From Candidatus Thorarchaeota archaeon (lineage in GTDB: Archaea > Asgardarchaeota > Thorarchaeia > Thorarchaeales > Thorarchaeaceae), in NCBI GenBank assembly GCA_046482545.1, contig JAWOEX010000039.1, positions 96,001-160,000 of the forward strand: 64,000 nucleotides of DNA, given 5' to 3'. The notes beneath the pieces were generated by a model. The model did not search any database. It was not told the origin of the DNA and saw only the letters and a program-made list of their open reading frames with translations. Of this stretch, positions 10,296-20,759 are shown piece by piece (the stretch's first letter is position 1; every line of letters begins with the position of its first letter). The position numbers and the translations under genes are program-made.

Positions 10296-11591
10296 TCAGA
10301 TTTTTCCGAGTTCTTCGCTCATCTTTTGGACTACTTCGGTAGCTTGATCCTCGGAGATTACAAGGGGCGGCTGAATTCGTAGTACATTCTTGAATATGCC
10401 ACCAAGCCCAACAATAATTCCTTTCTTCTGTAGATTGGCAACCAATTCCTTTGCTTCCTGCTTCGCAGGTTTCTTCGTTTTACGATCTTTTACCAGCTCG
10501 ACTCCGATCATAAGCCCTTTTCCTCTAACATCCCCAATAATGCTCCTTCTTTCTTGGATTTCCCTAAGTCGTTTCATTATGAAGGCTCCAACCTTGGCGG
10601 CATTATCAATCAAACCCTCATTTCGGATGTATTTGATATTCTCAAGAGCAATAGCGCTTGTTACCGGGTTTCCTCCAAATGTAGAGAAGAAATCACCTGA
10701 TTCAAGGTGTGATGCTATCTCATCCGTAGTAACACAGGCCCCAATCGGAATTCCTCCACCCATACCCTTCGCCAAGCTCATGATGTCTGGTTCTAATCCC
10801 CAATGCTCACTGGCGAACAGCTTCCCAGTTCTGCCAAAGCCTGTCTGTACTTCGTCAAGAAACAAGGGAATCTCTCTTTCCTTCAGTATCTTGACAATCG
10901 TCGAGAAGTAGGAATCTGGTGGCACAATAATGCCCCCTTCCCCGAGAATTGGTTCCATAATAAACGCTGAAACATCGCCAGCTGTATGTCTATCGATGAC
11001 TTCTTCCAAACGATTTGCTGTTTCTGTCCCACACTCATCCTCAGAAAAAGCAGATCGGTAAGTATAGGGTGTCGGGGCATGCTTGACACCTGGTGCAATT
11101 GAGTATGCACCAAAGCCTTTCTTGTAGGAAGCATTTGCTGTCAGACTGAACGAGAAACCGAGACGACCATGGAAGGCACATTCTAACCCAATCAATGCCC
11201 CCCCAGTTTTACCTTGAGAAGAAGCATATTTCTTCGATAGTTTAATCCCGTTCTCGACTGCCTCTGTACCGCTGTTGCACAGGAATGTCTTTCTCAAATC
11301 ACCTGGTGTTACTTCTGCCAGTTTCTGAGCGAGAAGAGTCTGAGGTATTGTAAAGTACCTTCCCGACACATGGAAGAGCTTTTTCATCTGTTCGCATCCA
11401 GCTTGTATCAACGCATCAGGTGCGTGACCGGCATTAGCTGTTGCAATCCCTGCAAAGCAGTCGATATACTCATTGCCCTGAATATCCTTCAGAATTGCTC
11501 CTTTTCCTTCAACAATCACCAAGGGTACTCTGGTGTAACCCTGTTGATAGTACTTCTTGTCCAGTTCAAAAACTTCTTCAGCTTTCTTCAC
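10296..11591 (-). CDS. Class III PLP aminotransferase (GabT/beta-alanine transaminase-like)
   Basis: NSGTEAVE, FHGR, EPILGEGG, DEVQTGFGRTG, SLAKG, TFGGNP. Confidence 0.92.
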   Translation of the reverse strand: MKKAEEVFELDKKYYQQGYTRVPLVIVEGKGAILKDIQGNEYIDCFAGIATANAGHAPDALIQAGCEQMKKLFHVSGRYFTIPQTLLAQKLAEVTPGDLRKTFLCNSGTEAVENGIKLSKKYASSQGKTGGALIGLECAFHGRLGFSFSLTANASYKKGFGAYSIAPGVKHAPTPYTYRSAFSEDECGTETANRLEEVIDRHTAGDVSAFIMEPILGEGGIIVPPDSYFSTIVKILKEREIPLFLDEVQTGFGRTGKLFASEHWGLEPDIMSLAKGMGGGIPIGACVTTDEIASHLESGDFFSTFGGNPVTSAIALENIKYIRNEGLIDNAAKVGAFIMKRLREIQERRSIIGDVRGKGLMIGVELVKDRKTKKPAKQEAKELVANLQKKGIIVGLGGIFKNVLRIQPPLVISEDQATEVVQKMSEELGKI

Positions 11592-11616
11592 CTATTTCAT
11601 CTCCATTGGTGGTCAT

Positions 11617-11670
11617 GTATTCTCGCCGTCGCCATATATCAAATACAAACATATGATGGCGAGATGATAC
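11617..11670. promoter_or_regulatory. Inverted repeat in divergent intergenic region
   Basis: gtat-tctcgccgtc (11617-11630) vs gatggcgaga-tg-atac (11655-11670). Confidence 0.4.
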
Positions 11671-11771
11671 ACGATACAACAATTGATATTCTATATTGAA
11701 TGGAATTCAAAACAATGATATATATCTTGTGTGAGATACTGATATGAGTCTAAGAAAATGGGCAGATAATC

Positions 11772-12770
11772 ATGAATAACAGACAAACTGCAGGCTGTTT
11801 CATTGCATTCCTTTATCTGATATTGCTAACTCCGAAGCAGGCTGTCTGTCAGAGAAATGCTGATCTGGAGGGAATTGAAATTGCAATATATGATGGGGGG
11901 CAATACTCAGGATATGGAACACCTCGGGAAAGCAGTATGGCGGCCCTTTACTGGATGTTTAGATGGATGAATGCAACCGTTGAAATTGTTAATTCATCAC
12001 AGATACGAGCAGGATTACTGAACAACTTCCAAATGGTTGTTGTTCCAGGGGGATGGGCCTATGACTTCTATCAGGATCTCGGGTCAAACGGTCTAGAAGC
12101 TGTTCAATCGTTTGTCTCAGAAGGTGGTAGTTATTGGGGCAGCTGCGCGGGTGCTTTCCTTGCGTGCGAAAAAATCGTCTGGATAGAGAATCGCCGCGCG
12201 TTACCCTACAGTTATGGGCTAGCATTGTTTCCTGGAGTAGGAGTTGGTCCGATTGCCGAAATCGCAGACTGGCCTAATTATGTGATGACTGATATAGAAA
12301 TAAATCAAACCAATGGGCTTGTTAACGTGACAAGTCTGCCGCATACTCATAGTATCATGTACTATGGTGGCCCGTATTTTGATCTAGATGGTACCGAGAA
12401 TGTCACTGTTGTCGCTCATTATGGCCAAAATAGGGAAGCCGCTATGATTGCATTTCAATACGGAAAAGGGCGGGTATTTCTCAGCGGTGCTCATCCTGAA
12501 TGGGATGAGGATAGCGGCAGAGACGGATGTACATGGGAAAACAGTCTTGAGGATCAGGAATCAGATTGGGAGTTATGTAAAGCCGTTTCACACTGGCTTG
12601 TTGCCATTGAGTTACAAGCCCCCTCCCCTTTCGGTGGATACCTTATTTGGGCGGTTATCCTAGCTGGTTTCATAGGACTGCTCTCTGCAATTGTCTTGAT
12701 GAAAAGACGCACCCACAAAAGCTTAAGCGGCACTGAGCGCAAATTTATGCTCATATACAGCTCCAACTAG
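11772..12770 (+). CDS. Secreted, membrane-anchored BPL-N / class I GATase-like hydrolase
   Basis: Signal-like N-terminus, VVPGG, GSCAGAF nucleophile elbow, YYGGP, HPE; C-terminal TM followed by KRR. Confidence 0.82.
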   Translation: MNNRQTAGCFIAFLYLILLTPKQAVCQRNADLEGIEIAIYDGGQYSGYGTPRESSMAALYWMFRWMNATVEIVNSSQIRAGLLNNFQMVVVPGGWAYDFYQDLGSNGLEAVQSFVSEGGSYWGSCAGAFLACEKIVWIENRRALPYSYGLALFPGVGVGPIAEIADWPNYVMTDIEINQTNGLVNVTSLPHTHSIMYYGGPYFDLDGTENVTVVAHYGQNREAAMIAFQYGKGRVFLSGAHPEWDEDSGRDGCTWENSLEDQESDWELCKAVSHWLVAIELQAPSPFGGYLIWAVILAGFIGLLSAIVLMKRRTHKSLSGTERKFMLIYSSN

Positions 12771-12790
12771 AATTATTGTACACTATCCAA

Positions 12791-12821
12791 AATAACGATA
12801 AGTTATTGGTAAAATATTTAA
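12791..12821 (+). promoter_or_regulatory. Putative TATA box with adjacent palindrome upstream of SBP gene
   Basis: AATAAC-N5-GTTATT (12791-12807) then AAAATATTTAA (12811-12821); the same 11-mer occurs at 15108-15118 upstream of mmsA. Confidence 0.45.
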
Positions 12822-12871
12822 GTTGCAATCTTCTTTCTAACACACAATTAGGATATTAGGAAGGAGATTAA

Positions 12872-14812
12872 ATGAGAAAGAAATATGCATGTGCTGTACT
12901 CCTCATTGTTCTGTTTTTACCCTATGCTGTGAATTCTCCTAGTTACGTTACAGCCCAAGACACCGAGAAAGTGCTTAAGCTGGGCGTCATCGGAGATCCT
13001 GAGAATCTCAATCCAGTATTGGCGTGGACAGAGCTCTCCTGGATACTCCTCGAATGGATGTATGAGCCATTAGTTCGATGGGATGTTTCAGGAGGCGAAT
13101 GGAAGATACAGCCAGGATTAGCAGAGAGTTGGGAGTGGTCTGAGGATGGAACTCAGGTTACTTTCCATTTGGCTGAAAACGCAACTTGGCATGATGGAAC
13201 CCCGATAACAGCCCACGACGTGAACTGGACACTCTTCACTATGACGTGGATGGCTTGGTGGAGAGCTTCGACATCTCATATCGACCATGAGAATATCGAA
13301 GTGCTCGACAACTACACAATCAGGCTGAACTTCGTGATGAATGGCTACAAAGAAGGTTGGTTCTGGCAAGAAGATCCTCCGTACTATTTCTGGCGTGACT
13401 GGTATGACAACACATCTGTTGCAATCAGCAAGGACTACTTCATGCAGAGTATTCCATACCTACCAATACTTCCAGAGCATATCTGGGATCCCGTGACGTG
13501 GCATGATCCGGTCTATGGGGTGAATGGTAGTTTCTACGAGCCGTGGGGTTTCTGGGATTACCTGAACTGGGATGGCATCGGTTGGGGCACCCTTGATTAC
13601 ACATGGGAAGCACCCAAGGTTGGATCCGGGCCATTCGAATTCGTTGAATGGGTACCTGGTGAGAGCTTGACTTTTGAGGCGTATGAAGACTATCATTATG
13701 GAGCTCCAAATGTTGACGAGATTGAAATCGAAATCTACTCAACGATTGAAACAATGACCCAAGCTGTTCAGAGCGGTGACATAGACATATGTGAAACAAG
13801 CATCACATTCACCGAGCTAAGTGACTACGGACCCAATGTTGAGGTCGTTGAAAACCCGTTCATGGGCTTTTCCATGTTGGGAGTAAATCAGTACGAACCA
13901 TATCTGAATGTATCAGGGCAATACGAAGATCGGTCAGGCGGAAAACACAATGCATTACTGGAACCGGCCGTCAAGAAAGCGATTCATCAAGCGGTCAACA
14001 AGACGAAGCTTGCTGAAGTGGCTTATCTAGGCACCGCAAATGCTACAGATTCGGTCATACATCAAGCTCTACCCTGGCACAATGACGATTTGGAGACATA
14101 CACAACTGGCACGGAAGCTGCAATTGCGACTCTAGAAGATGCTGGGTGGAGCAAGAATGGAGAGGACCTCTGGCAAAAGGAAATCGACGGAATCAATGAG
14201 ACTTTGGACTTCGGTCTGAAATACACCTCGGGGATTCCCATTGACTTCTCCCTCGCCCAATTAATCGAGGAAGATCTTGAGGCAGCTGGTTTCGCCATAA
14301 CTACTCTGCCTACTGAAGCAACGACTTTCGTCCAAGATTTGACGCAGTCAGTCTGGAATTTTGACCTGATGATTACCTTCTACACACAACTGGGTGATCC
14401 GAACTACTTCATGAGCTATATGAGGGCTGAAAGCTACATTAACCTCAACGGAATCAATATTACAGCCATTGAGGACATGTTCTTGCAGCAGCAGATTACT
14501 GCAGATCCCGAGGAGCGAAAGGAGATCGTTGACGAGTTCCAGCAGCTCATCTACAATGACTCCAGCGTAATTCCACTCTGCAATTATATGGATGTCGAAG
14601 TCTACAGAAGTGACAGATGGGAGTTCACAGAAACTGACTGGCACAGTGGTATGATTGCAATACCCAATGTGGATGCGTGGAGAACCGTAGATGAGGCGCC
14701 TGAAACAACTACGCCTGCTGCTCCGCTACCAGTCGAGATGATCATCCTTGCTGTTGGTGTAGCGGTTGTTGTGGTTGTCATACTCGGTGCAATATGGATA
14801 AAACAACGGTAG
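12872..14812 (+). CDS. ABC transporter substrate-binding protein family 5 (OppA/DppA-like) with C-terminal TM anchor
   Basis: PGLAESW, TWHDGTPITAHDV, GSGPF; signal peptide, Thr/Pro linker and terminal TM. Confidence 0.9.
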   Translation: MRKKYACAVLLIVLFLPYAVNSPSYVTAQDTEKVLKLGVIGDPENLNPVLAWTELSWILLEWMYEPLVRWDVSGGEWKIQPGLAESWEWSEDGTQVTFHLAENATWHDGTPITAHDVNWTLFTMTWMAWWRASTSHIDHENIEVLDNYTIRLNFVMNGYKEGWFWQEDPPYYFWRDWYDNTSVAISKDYFMQSIPYLPILPEHIWDPVTWHDPVYGVNGSFYEPWGFWDYLNWDGIGWGTLDYTWEAPKVGSGPFEFVEWVPGESLTFEAYEDYHYGAPNVDEIEIEIYSTIETMTQAVQSGDIDICETSITFTELSDYGPNVEVVENPFMGFSMLGVNQYEPYLNVSGQYEDRSGGKHNALLEPAVKKAIHQAVNKTKLAEVAYLGTANATDSVIHQALPWHNDDLETYTTGTEAAIATLEDAGWSKNGEDLWQKEIDGINETLDFGLKYTSGIPIDFSLAQLIEEDLEAAGFAITTLPTEATTFVQDLTQSVWNFDLMITFYTQLGDPNYFMSYMRAESYINLNGINITAIEDMFLQQQITADPEERKEIVDEFQQLIYNDSSVIPLCNYMDVEVYRSDRWEFTETDWHSGMIAIPNVDAWRTVDEAPETTTPAAPLPVEMIILAVGVAVVVVVILGAIWIKQR

Positions 14813-14819
14813 CTAAGAA

Positions 14820-14867
14820 GAAGCTGCAGCTAGAAGTATTTGCTGCAGCTTCATCCCTTCTTTTTTT
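14820..14867 (+). terminator. Hairpin plus T-tract after SBP gene
   Basis: gaagctgcagc / gctgcagcttc perfect 11-bp stem, T7 at 14861-14867. Confidence 0.7.
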
Positions 14868-15195
14868 CTGGATATAGGACAAACAACTTGAGACATGCAT
14901 GTGTCTTCAGCAATACGACGGAAGCGATGCAAGACATCAAGAGAAAAACCAATATTGAGGTACGACTGCGATATACCTGCACCGCCCCAATGAGAAGAGT
15001 GACTGCCATCTTAGCTGAGATAGAATATTGCAACCACCCGATGGGCTCTTGGTGCCAAATATATCCCTTAATACCACAAAGATAGCTTGCAAAATCCCAA
15101 ATGATGCAAAATATTTAATAAGTTGGATGATTCTCATATTTTAACCATGATTTTCGTATGGTTTTTAAATAGAGGACAGTATGAAGGTATTTCTT

Positions 15196-16653
15196 ATGAC
15201 TAAAACGCCACTTCTTAGAAACTACATTAACGGGGAATGGATTGAGTCTGAATCTAAAGATATCCGAGATATCCTGAATCCCGCGACTGGAGAGACCATT
15301 GCGAGGGTTCCAATGAGCACTGTAAAGGAGACGAAAAGGGCAATAGAATCTGCTCATGAAGCATTCAAACCGTGGAGAGAAACGATTCCGCTTACAAGAT
15401 CCCGCTATCTCTTCGATTTGAAAGCTCTTATGGAAGAGCGATTTGAGGAGCTTGCAAAGTATGTGGTTCTTGAAAATGGAAAAACAATAGATGAAGCTAG
15501 GGGGGAGGTGAGGCGGGGTATTGAGAATGTGGAAGTCGCTACGGGCATTCCATCATTAATGATGGGTGTTAATGCCGAAGACATATCATATGGGATAGAT
15601 GAGATGGTAATCAATCAACCTCTGGGAGTTTTCTTCTGTCTTGCGCCATTCAACTTCCCGAACATGGTGCCTCTCTGGTTTCTTCCCTATGCAGTAGCAA
15701 CCGGAAACACCTACATTGTCAAACCTTCTCCCCAAGCACCCTACAGCATGGTTAAGCTCTTCGAGGTCCTAGATGAGGTAGGCTTCCCGCCAGGAGTGAT
15801 TAACTTGGTCCACGGTGATGTTGATGTCGCAGATACCCTCCTAGATAGTCCCAGAACGAAGGGCGTTTCTTTTGTCGGCTCCACAGCAGTTGGCAAGAAG
15901 GTATACGAAAGAGCAGCATCAAAAGGAAAACGAGCACAAATACAGGCGGGAGCTAAGAACTTTTTGTTAGTCATGCCGGACGCTGACCTTGAACGAACGG
16001 CCACAGCGTTTATGACTTCTTTCTTTGGTTGTGCTGGCCAGCGCTGTCTAGCAGGTGCCGTGGTGTTGGCAACCGAAGAGATACATGACGAGCTTACTAA
16101 TCTGATTCTAGAGAAAGCTAGGAGGATTAGTGTTGGATACGGCCTCAATGAGGGGGTACAGATGGGACCGGTAATTTCAGCGAACGCAAAGAAGAGAATT
16201 CTCGGTTATATAGAACAGGGGGTCAAGGAAGGAGCAGATTTGATTCTTGATGGTCGAGACATTGATGTGAATGGATATGCAAACGGCTTCTTTATTGGGC
16301 CTACAATTTTCGATAATGTAACTCCAGATATGAGCATAGCCAACGACGAAATCTTTGGGCCGGTTATGTCAATAATCAATGTGAAGGATTTTGATGAGGC
16401 TCTAGACATCATAGACAAAAATCCCTATGGAAATGCATCTTCAATCTTCACCGCAAGCGGAAAATGGGCAAGAAAGTTTCAATATAATGTACGCACTGGC
16501 AATATCGGAATCAACATTGGGATTGCAGCTCCGGTGGCCAATTTCCCATTCTCTGGAATGAAGGATTCGTTCTTTGGCGATCTTCATGGACAGGGACAGG
16601 ATGCAATTAGATTTTTCACAGAATCTAAAGTCGTCATCACAAGATGGTTCTAA
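15196..16653 (+). CDS. mmsA: CoA-acylating (methyl)malonate-semialdehyde dehydrogenase
   Basis: PFNFPNMVPLWF, FVGST, GAKNF, GCAGQRC, EIFGP, FPFSGMKDSFFGDLHGQG, VITRW end. Confidence 0.92.
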   Translation: MTKTPLLRNYINGEWIESESKDIRDILNPATGETIARVPMSTVKETKRAIESAHEAFKPWRETIPLTRSRYLFDLKALMEERFEELAKYVVLENGKTIDEARGEVRRGIENVEVATGIPSLMMGVNAEDISYGIDEMVINQPLGVFFCLAPFNFPNMVPLWFLPYAVATGNTYIVKPSPQAPYSMVKLFEVLDEVGFPPGVINLVHGDVDVADTLLDSPRTKGVSFVGSTAVGKKVYERAASKGKRAQIQAGAKNFLLVMPDADLERTATAFMTSFFGCAGQRCLAGAVVLATEEIHDELTNLILEKARRISVGYGLNEGVQMGPVISANAKKRILGYIEQGVKEGADLILDGRDIDVNGYANGFFIGPTIFDNVTPDMSIANDEIFGPVMSIINVKDFDEALDIIDKNPYGNASSIFTASGKWARKFQYNVRTGNIGINIGIAAPVANFPFSGMKDSFFGDLHGQGQDAIRFFTESKVVITRWF

Positions 16654-16675
16654 GATGACGAGGAATTGATAGAAA

Positions 16676-17116
16676 ATGGAATTGGGTACTGTGGGTGCAG
16701 TTCTCAGCTTCGCTCTCAAACAAGAAGAGAAGATACTTGGAGTATATGAAGAATCGATAAAAACTGAAAACGAATCTGATTTGCTTGATTTGCTGAGAGA
16801 GACAGCTAGAAATCACAAGAAAATGAAACGCGCCCTACGACGACTAAGGCGTGAGAACGTGACAGAAATGATTCTTGAACCGATTCATGGATTGAACAGC
16901 GACGATTTTGATATTAAGCAACATCAGGGTAAGAAGGCTAGTACTCAAGAATGGTTGGTTGCTCTTGAGAAGATTGAACGGAAGCAAGCAGAGTTCTTAG
17001 AGAAATCCGCTGCTAAGGTTTCCTTTTTACCTGAAGTTAGACAAAGGCTTGATACGATGTCGAAAACAGCAAGAATGAATGCTAGCAATCTTGATGAAGC
17101 GAGGAGTGTTGACTAG
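16676..17116 (+). CDS. Ferritin/rubrerythrin-like helical protein
   Basis: All-helical charged protein with ETARNH and RRENVTEMILEPIHGL segments; family assignment from recall only. Confidence 0.55.
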   Translation: MELGTVGAVLSFALKQEEKILGVYEESIKTENESDLLDLLRETARNHKKMKRALRRLRRENVTEMILEPIHGLNSDDFDIKQHQGKKASTQEWLVALEKIERKQAEFLEKSAAKVSFLPEVRQRLDTMSKTARMNASNLDEARSVD

Positions 17117-19783
17117 ATGGCCCTCAGGGACGTATTGGGAAAGCGCATTCTCCAAGCTATTGTCACTATATTCATAGTTCTCGCAATAGACTTTGCAATA
17201 TTCCATCTAATGCCTGGGAGTATCGAAGATCGGTTGGCAAGAAATCCAAATCTCACTGAGGAAATGATTAACCAGATAATTGCCAGGTTCGGCCTTGACC
17301 AACCGCTTCATATTCAATTTCTCATGTTCGTTGCTAACTTCCTTCAAGGTGACTTTGGAATTTCATTCTTTTACAGAGCACCCGTGGGTCCAATTCTTAT
17401 GACTCGTCTCGTAAACACCCTCTTCCTGATGATTCCGGCAGATATCATTGCCATTTTGGTGGGTGTCTGGATTGGGAAAAAGGCGGCTTGGAATCGAGAG
17501 AAGATATGGGGTACGCTGGGAGTACTGTTCTCTCTGATAACATATGCAATCCCTGGATTCTGGCTTGGTATGATTATGCTGAGCATCTTCGGATATGATT
17601 TGCATCTTGTACCAACAAGTACCTTCAACTTGGTACTATCTCTGCAAGACTACCCGAATGATCCGATTGGATACGTTGTCAATGCCCTTTCACATCTCTT
17701 CCTACCAGTTTTGGTGTTAGTCATAATCATCCTAGGCGTTTTTGCCCTATTAATGAGAAATTCATTGCTAGACGTACTAAGGGAGGACTACATGCTCACG
17801 GCAAAGGCAAAAGGATTGAGCGAGAAAGATCAGCTAAACAGAGAAGCAGTTCCTAACGCCCGCATTCCCGTGGCAACAGTTGTGGCAATCCAGATTGGCT
17901 TCTCAGTAGTTGGTGCTCTTCTGATTGAGATTGTGTTCAACTACCATGGGATTGGTCGCCTCATATGGGATGCCGTTGTGCATCGAGATTACCCCATGCT
18001 TCAGGCTTCATTTTTCATGTTTACCGCCGTATTGGTGTTTACCAATCTGCTTGCCGACATGATATACTTCTGGCTTGATCCCCGAATTCGTGTGGGTACT
18101 CCAAAGAAGGAAACAGAAGCTGTCCATAGGGACTTCTCTTCAAGACTACCAAGTTCTGGAAACTTAATTCTGGCTCTTCTAATAATAATCGATGGTGTTT
18201 TAGCATTTCTCAATCCAGCTATGTTATACATCTCAGTAACGGTAACGATAGTTGCATTATTAGTTGTCAAACGACATTCTATTCTGAACCTTCTGAAATC
18301 TGTTTTCACATCGTATACTCCCAGCAATCTAAAATACTACTGGAATCATAATCGTCCCGAAATCATCTCAAAGGTATTCTCACTTGTGGCGTTCATCGCC
18401 ATAATAGCAATCGCAACCTTGCTGGTGCTTCCATTTCTGGGTTACTCCGGAGTTCCGAACACTGCTATGATAACTACGATGGCTTTTCTTGGGATTGGTT
18501 TCATTGGGATTATCATTGGATCAGTTTTGAAGCGCCCAGAACGGTATTCATCTATTATGCATCAAGTTGCTGGTAATAACATGGGGTTAGCAGGTTTCGC
18601 ACTTGTTTTTGTGTTTGTTCTCTTGGCAGCCTTTGCCGACGTCATTGCACCTTACAGCGCCAAGAAGCTCTCAACGGGTCCCATCTTTTCACCGCCCACA
18701 CCGCTTCCCTTTGAGCATTTTGTTCTATTTAGCATTTCATTTACTCTTATGATTATGGGAGGGGTGTTTATTTTCGTATCCAACCACAAAGAGGCTCCAT
18801 CTATCCCATCCTGGTTTAAAAGAACGCTTTATGGACTTGTTCTTGGCGAAACAGGAGCGCTATTTACCATAGCATCCGTCAACGACAACAGTCAGATTGC
18901 ACTGGCGACATCGATTATTCTTCTCATTATTGCAGGAGGGATCATCTTCCAAGCATTGTTTCGTCAAAGGATGTCTGCAGATCAACAGATTATGTCATCG
19001 CGTTTGAGACTGCTATCGCAGCTATTCATCACCGCTGCTTTAGCAATCTTTGTTGTAGGGGTTTTTCTACTGGCATCATATCAACCGAAGAATATTGCAG
19101 ATTTCCATCTCATGGGGACAGATCAATTAGGTAGAGATATCTTCAGTGGTATAGTTACTGGGTCTAGGATTACTCTTCTAATTGGTGCGCTTGCTACTTT
19201 AATCTCCGTTGCAATCGGAACAACAATTGGATTGATATCCGGGTACTACGGAGGAAAGATTGATACCCTCCTTATGCGCTTCACGGACATCTTCTTTGTC
19301 ATTCCTAGTTTCATACTCATGGTCATTGTAGCTGCTGTGGTAGGCCCCTCAATTACAACAATGTTATTGGTCATTGGAATATTCTCTTGGGCAACAACTG
19401 CCCGAGTGGTAAGAGGACAGGTCCTGTCGATTAAAGAACGACCCTATGTTGAACGAATCAAGTCCATTGGAGGGAGCAATTTATACATAATCTCAAAACA
19501 TATCCTCCCAGGTGTGGCACCACTAATCATAGTTCAGACAGTGCTTCTTGTAATGAACTCAATCTTTTTTGAGATATCACTCGACTTTGTGGGACTCGGT
19601 GACCCCGCAATAATCAGTTGGGGAGCGATGCTCTATCTAGCGCAGAATCAAGGAGCTGTTTCGTTGCATATGTACTGGCTCATTCTGCCGCCAGGAATCG
19701 TAATCATATGCCTTCTGGTAGGAATTTCATTCCTCGGATTTGGACTCGATGAAGTTACTAACCCAAGATTGCGAAAAAGGTAG
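17117..19783 (+). CDS. Fused OppB-OppC peptide ABC permease
   Basis: N-half FGLDQPL, EDYMLTAKAKG, RDYP, DPRIR; C-half GTDQLGRD, RFTDIF, KHILP, SWG, NPRLR. Confidence 0.92.
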   Translation: MALRDVLGKRILQAIVTIFIVLAIDFAIFHLMPGSIEDRLARNPNLTEEMINQIIARFGLDQPLHIQFLMFVANFLQGDFGISFFYRAPVGPILMTRLVNTLFLMIPADIIAILVGVWIGKKAAWNREKIWGTLGVLFSLITYAIPGFWLGMIMLSIFGYDLHLVPTSTFNLVLSLQDYPNDPIGYVVNALSHLFLPVLVLVIIILGVFALLMRNSLLDVLREDYMLTAKAKGLSEKDQLNREAVPNARIPVATVVAIQIGFSVVGALLIEIVFNYHGIGRLIWDAVVHRDYPMLQASFFMFTAVLVFTNLLADMIYFWLDPRIRVGTPKKETEAVHRDFSSRLPSSGNLILALLIIIDGVLAFLNPAMLYISVTVTIVALLVVKRHSILNLLKSVFTSYTPSNLKYYWNHNRPEIISKVFSLVAFIAIIAIATLLVLPFLGYSGVPNTAMITTMAFLGIGFIGIIIGSVLKRPERYSSIMHQVAGNNMGLAGFALVFVFVLLAAFADVIAPYSAKKLSTGPIFSPPTPLPFEHFVLFSISFTLMIMGGVFIFVSNHKEAPSIPSWFKRTLYGLVLGETGALFTIASVNDNSQIALATSIILLIIAGGIIFQALFRQRMSADQQIMSSRLRLLSQLFITAALAIFVVGVFLLASYQPKNIADFHLMGTDQLGRDIFSGIVTGSRITLLIGALATLISVAIGTTIGLISGYYGGKIDTLLMRFTDIFFVIPSFILMVIVAAVVGPSITTMLLVIGIFSWATTARVVRGQVLSIKERPYVERIKSIGGSNLYIISKHILPGVAPLIIVQTVLLVMNSIFFEISLDFVGLGDPAIISWGAMLYLAQNQGAVSLHMYWLILPPGIVIICLLVGISFLGFGLDEVTNPRLRKR

Positions 19784-19793
19784 GTGACAAAGG

Positions 19794-20759
19794 ATGGGAA
19801 ATGACAAACCACTGCTCAATATCCAAAACTTGAACGTCCATTATGAGACGCTTAAAGGAGAAATTCAAGCCGTTCAGGACGTAGATTTCACTCTCGACCA
19901 TGGCGAGTTCTTAGGATTGAGTGGAGAAAGCGGTTGTGGGAAAACAACTACAGCAATGAGTCTCTTGCGGCTTCTTCCAAGTGAGGGTATAATTGACAGC
20001 GGGTCGATATACTTTGAGAATCAAGATGTCCTAAGCTTGGCAAAGGCAGAACTACGGGATTTTCGCTGGAAGAGAGCCTCAATGATTTTCCAAGGTTCAA
20101 TGAATGCACTCAACCCAGTTCATAGAGTCGTCGACCAAATGGTGGATGCTATCCAATTGCATGAAGACATTGCCAAGGAGGAAGCTACTGAACGCTCACT
20201 TGACCTCTTAGAAGGCCTTGGCCTTGAACGGTCTCGAGGCTACGCCTATCCCCATGAACTAAGTGGTGGCATGCTTCAGCGGTCCATGATTGCACTATCT
20301 TTAGCCTGTCATCCGTCACTTGTGATAGCCGATGAGCCAACTACAGCATTAGACGTGATGATTCAAGCCCAGATTCTTGATCTCATAAATAGCATCCGAA
20401 AAGAGACAGACCTATCTATGATTCTCATCACTCATGACCTCTCTGTTATTGCAGAGACATGTGATAAGGTGATAATCATGTACGCAGGGCGTATTGTGGA
20501 AGAAGCCTCTGTTCATGATTTGTTTACGTCTCCAGTCCACCCATATACAAGAAAGCTGATTTCTTCTTTTCCAAGCATACTAAAAGAAAAAGAAATAGAC
20601 TATATACCGGGAGTTCCCCCGGATTTGAGCAATCCCCCATCAGGATGTCCGTTCCACGATCGGTGTGAGTACGCGATAGATGAATGCAGAAAGACAGTGC
20701 CGCCTCTTGAAGAGAAGAATGGAACGCGGGTTGCATGTATCAGGAGTGATGAGATATGA
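19794..20759 (+). CDS. oppD: Oligopeptide ABC ATPase OppD
   Basis: GESGCGKT, LSGGM, DEPTTALD, C-terminal CPFHDRC. Confidence 0.9.
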   Translation: MGNDKPLLNIQNLNVHYETLKGEIQAVQDVDFTLDHGEFLGLSGESGCGKTTTAMSLLRLLPSEGIIDSGSIYFENQDVLSLAKAELRDFRWKRASMIFQGSMNALNPVHRVVDQMVDAIQLHEDIAKEEATERSLDLLEGLGLERSRGYAYPHELSGGMLQRSMIALSLACHPSLVIADEPTTALDVMIQAQILDLINSIRKETDLSMILITHDLSVIAETCDKVIIMYAGRIVEEASVHDLFTSPVHPYTRKLISSFPSILKEKEIDYIPGVPPDLSNPPSGCPFHDRCEYAIDECRKTVPPLEEKNGTRVACIRSDEI

